Source: Cyanobacteria bacterium UBA11371 (GTDB lineage Bacteria; Cyanobacteriota; Cyanobacteriia; Cyanobacteriales; Aerosakkonemataceae). Taken from it: a DNA stretch of 15,889 bases. The notes beneath the pieces were generated by a model. That model ran no database searches, had not been told where the DNA came from, and saw nothing but the letters and a program-made list of their open reading frames with translations. Positions 14,701 through 15,889 of the stretch are shown here, piece after piece (position 1 is the first letter of the stretch; the number at the start of each line of letters is the position of its first letter). Position numbers and translations under genes: made by a program. The stretch spans positions 5,760 to 21,648 of the forward strand of contig DNGJ01000424.1 of NCBI GenBank assembly GCA_003486305.1, in the 5' to 3' direction.

Positions 14701-15837
14701 CGGACTGGCGGCGACGACATTGCAGAAGCATTGGCGTTAATCGGCGTCCAGCCGGTATGGGATGGGCCGTCGCGGCGGGTGGTAGATTTTGAAATATTGC
14801 CAGTATCGATTTTGGGGCGTCCGCGCGTAGATGTGACGTTGCGAATTTCCGGCTTTTTCCGGGATGCCTTCCCGAATTTAATCGATTTATTCGATCGAGC
14901 AGTTGCAGCCGTGGCGGCGCTGGATGAGACGGCGGATAGCAATCCTTTGGCGGCTGCTGTGCGCCAGGAAACCGAGATGTGGATAGGTGCTGGGGTGGGG
15001 GAAGAACAGGCATTAGTGCGATCGCAATATCGTATTTTTGGCTCAAAACCTGGTGCTTACGGTGCTGGATTGCAAGGTTTAATCGAATCCCAAAATTGGA
15101 CAGACGAACAAGACTTAGCTCGTGCCTATATTAACTGGAGTTGTTACGCTTATACATCGGGATTTGGTAATAGGTCATCCCATTCCCAGGCGGAGCCAGG
15201 GAATGAGGGTAAACAAAACCAATTACCAATTACCAATTACCCATTACCCAGCGCCGCACCCGAAGCTTTTGAGCAGCGACTGCGCCAAATGGAAATAGTA
15301 TTGCACAATCAAGATAATCGGGAACACGACTTACTAGATTCGGATGATTACTATCAGTTTCAAGGCGGTTTAACCGCATCGGTGCGCGCATTAACCGGCA
15401 AAAATCCTCAAACCTATTTCGGCGATAATTCTATGCCGAGTAATCCCAAAGTTCGGCAGTTAAAAGAAGAAATTGCCCGCGTGTATCGTTCGCGCGTCGT
15501 TAATCCTAAATGGATTGCAGGAGCGATGCGCCACGGTTACAAAGGTGCGTTTGAAATCGCAGCAACGGTAGATTATTTATTTGCCTACGATGCAACGGCT
15601 AACTGCGTAGAAGATTTTATGTATGAAGGAGTTGCAGAAGCATATTTATTTGCTCCAGATGTACAGGCATTTATTCAAGAGAAAAATCCTTGGGCATTGC
15701 GAGATATGGCGGAGCGTTTGTTGGAAGCACACCAGCGGGGTTTGTGGCAAAAAGTTGACCCAGAAATGGTGGATAAATTGCGAGCGATCGCCCACCAAGC
15801 CGAAGCCGACATAGAAGCTACAAATTTTAAATTGTAA
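11731..15837 (+). CDS. cobN: Cobaltochelatase subunit CobN (CobN/Mg-chelatase H family). Carries in-frame short-repeat insertions.
   Basis: 1368 aa, with typical CobN blocks: IVILTAADTD, FYRAHYLAGN, HIGKHGNLEWLPGK, GEGSAAKRRAQAVIIDHLTPP, LRISGFFRDAFPN. It is longer than typical CobN (~1250-1300 aa as recalled), which fits the repeat-encoded insertions. Confidence 0.85.
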   Translation: MHRIAATPGGWNPQTEGVIFVEQTPAPIVILTAADTDIQTLAAAVTQLPDDFGALRVVNLLQLQQQLTIDTYAELVLTSARVIILRLLGGRAYWSYGLEIVQETVRQTGAALIVLPGDDRPDPDLLDLSTVSLSKVNQVWRYFTEGGIENCVNALKFVADICLGHSYNPPPPQEVARLGLYLWQRTPRAGDSGCNYGVGLTDNQTTQNYNVTKPAPVNEAAIANKVGILFYRAHYLAGNTRPIDALCQALAARKLEPVPVFVSSLRDPDVQAELSQYFQPPKTEPVQLILNTTSFSVSDFTRISHWAQTSDLAAKMTDAVPLPPVLHSQGKPSERGTIDNLDVPVLQVIFSGGTVEQWSAQFQGLSPRDMAMNVALPEVDGRIITRAVSFKAVQTQNSQLETDVVIYQPQLDRIEFVADLAANWVRLRQTPPQKRRIALILANYPCRDGRLANGVGLDTPASCVEILKALQQAGYWVENIPATSDELMQRLTAGVTNDPEGQQLRPAMQQLSLKEYQEYFATLPVEVQKEICDRWEIGNGSFDSQAEPLNEGNREENQSPITNYQLPIPGIQLGNIFVGIQPSRGYDLDPSLNYHAPDLEPPHHYLGFYYWVRKHFGCHAIAHIGKHGNLEWLPGKSVALSNKCYPEIALGALPHLYPFIVNDPGEGSAAKRRAQAVIIDHLTPPMTRAELYGPLQQLESLIDEYYEAQSLDPSRLPAIRTRITQLVAKENLHQDLQIANPQENQLPITQLDGYLCELKEAQIRDGLHIFGQCPQGRQLRDLIVAIARHPGVGRLGLTRALAKDFGIDIDPLTADMSAVINSLRGSAWERDPRGSASLIAVPFTKKCRTIGDVVELLEEHAAKLVEQLISDRFQHTSTPPSLNATQRELDWIRSHLLPALQQTDREIINLLRGLDGRFVPPAPSGAPTRGRPEVLPTGRNFYSVDIRGIPTETAWDLGRKAAEALIERYAQDNGEYPKALGLSVWGTSTMRTGGDDIAEALALIGVQPVWDGPSRRVVDFEILPVSILGRPRVDVTLRISGFFRDAFPNLIDLFDRAVAAVAALDETADSNPLAAAVRQETEMWIGAGVGEEQALVRSQYRIFGSKPGAYGAGLQGLIESQNWTDEQDLARAYINWSCYAYTSGFGNRSSHSQAEPGNEGKQNQLPITNYPLPSAAPEAFEQRLRQMEIVLHNQDNREHDLLDSDDYYQFQGGLTASVRALTGKNPQTYFGDNSMPSNPKVRQLKEEIARVYRSRVVNPKWIAGAMRHGYKGAFEIAATVDYLFAYDATANCVEDFMYEGVAEAYLFAPDVQAFIQEKNPWALRDMAERLLEAHQRGLWQKVDPEMVDKLRAIAHQAEADIEATNFKL
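13334..13438 (+). repeat. Composite short interspersed element, copy A, inside cobN in frame. It has the core TCCCAGGCGGAGCCTC...GAGGGTAA and a 3' tandem heptamer array (CCAATCA CCAATTA CCAATTA CCAATTA CCCATTC). It encodes IGNGSFDSQAEPLNEGNREENQSPITNYQLPIP.
   Basis: About 80% identical at the DNA level to copy B, including the 5' flank GGTAAT(G/A)GGTCAT. The element ends resemble imperfect terminal inverted repeats (GGTAATGGG ... CCAATTACC). Confidence 0.75.
13962..13982 (+). repeat. Short tandem heptamer array (CCAATTA CCAATTA CCCAACT), preceded by GAAAACC as in element copies A and B. In frame inside cobN; encodes NQLPITQ.
   Basis: Direct reading. Same heptamer as at 13401-13435 and 15219-15246. 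Confidence 0.7.
14185..14240. repeat. Partial, inverted, degenerate copy of the cobN element core. The reverse complement of 14199-14218 is TTCCCAGGCTGAGCCTCTTA. It is followed by a direct fragment TCCCAGAGGCTCCGCCTC, and together they form a near-palindrome.
   Basis: Sequence comparison with copy A. The opposite-strand frame here also reads SQAEPLNE, which shows the similarity is at the DNA level. Confidence 0.6.
15160..15249 (+). repeat. Composite short interspersed element, copy B, inside cobN in frame, in the same orientation and same reading frame as copy A. It encodes FGNRSSHSQAEPGNEGKQNQLPITNYPLP.
   Basis: GGTAATAGGTCATCCCATTCCCAGGCGGAGCCAGGGAATGAGGGTAAACAAAACC followed by (CCAATTA)x3 then CCCATTACCC. 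Aligns with copy A. Confidence 0.75.
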
Positions 15838-15889
15838 TACAGCAGATTGCAAGTGAGTGAGGTACACCTTTTGGCGCCTTTTGTGTAGC

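Noticed and set aside
12130-15867. ORFs inside or overlapping cobN (12130-12474, 12588-12791, 13412-13705, 14094-14549, 14567-15046, 14634-14942, 15623-15814, 15646-15867)
   Set aside because: All are embedded in or antisense to the 1368-aa CobN CDS. The 14094-14549 ORF only looks protein-like because it crosses the inverted repeat copy.
1-15889. tRNA, rRNA or other structured RNA genes
   Set aside because: No cloverleaf-compatible segments with a TPsiC-like GTTC box and an appropriate acceptor-stem inverted repeat were seen in the intergenic regions. The intergenic hairpins are accounted for as repeats or terminators.

Overview
This window looks like a cyanobacterial chromosome segment. The octamer GCGATCGC (HIP1) occurs about 21 times. 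There are eleven convincing protein genes. (1) The 3' ~350 codons of a major vault protein (MVP) homolog, which from memory is near-identical in places to animal MVP; its ORF is open to the window edge. (2) A CrtI/phytoene-desaturase-family FAD oxidoreductase. (3) A NYN (LabA-like) nuclease-fold protein with a C-terminal OST-HTH/LOTUS-like domain. (4) A NIL-domain 2x[4Fe-4S] ferredoxin. (5) A true Dam-family N6-adenine methyltransferase. (6) A convergent, 4-bp-overlapping 154-aa PD-(D/E)XK nuclease. Genes 5 and 6 sit in an AT-rich stretch that has no HIP1 sites. (7) A Tat-exported metallophosphoesterase. (8) A proline-rich single-pass membrane protein with PEVT-type tandem repeats. (9) A NanE-like ManNAc-6-P epimerase. 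(10) A GAF hybrid histidine kinase with a C-terminal receiver. (11) CobN cobaltochelatase. The window is rich in short repeat families. The heptamer AATTACC occurs in tandem at five sites, four of them translated in frame. A roughly 90-100-bp composite element appears twice, in frame and in the same orientation, inside cobN, with further partial or inverted copies. A TAAACCCGCCCC / GTTATTGGTAAAACCCGCCCC family clusters around nanE and forms two hairpins. A 15-bp tandem repeat, a 38-bp perfect palindrome nested in an outer inverted repeat upstream of dam, and an 18-bp perfect hairpin are also present. No tRNA, rRNA or CRISPR array was seen. Coordinates of manually located motifs may be off by 1-2 nt.
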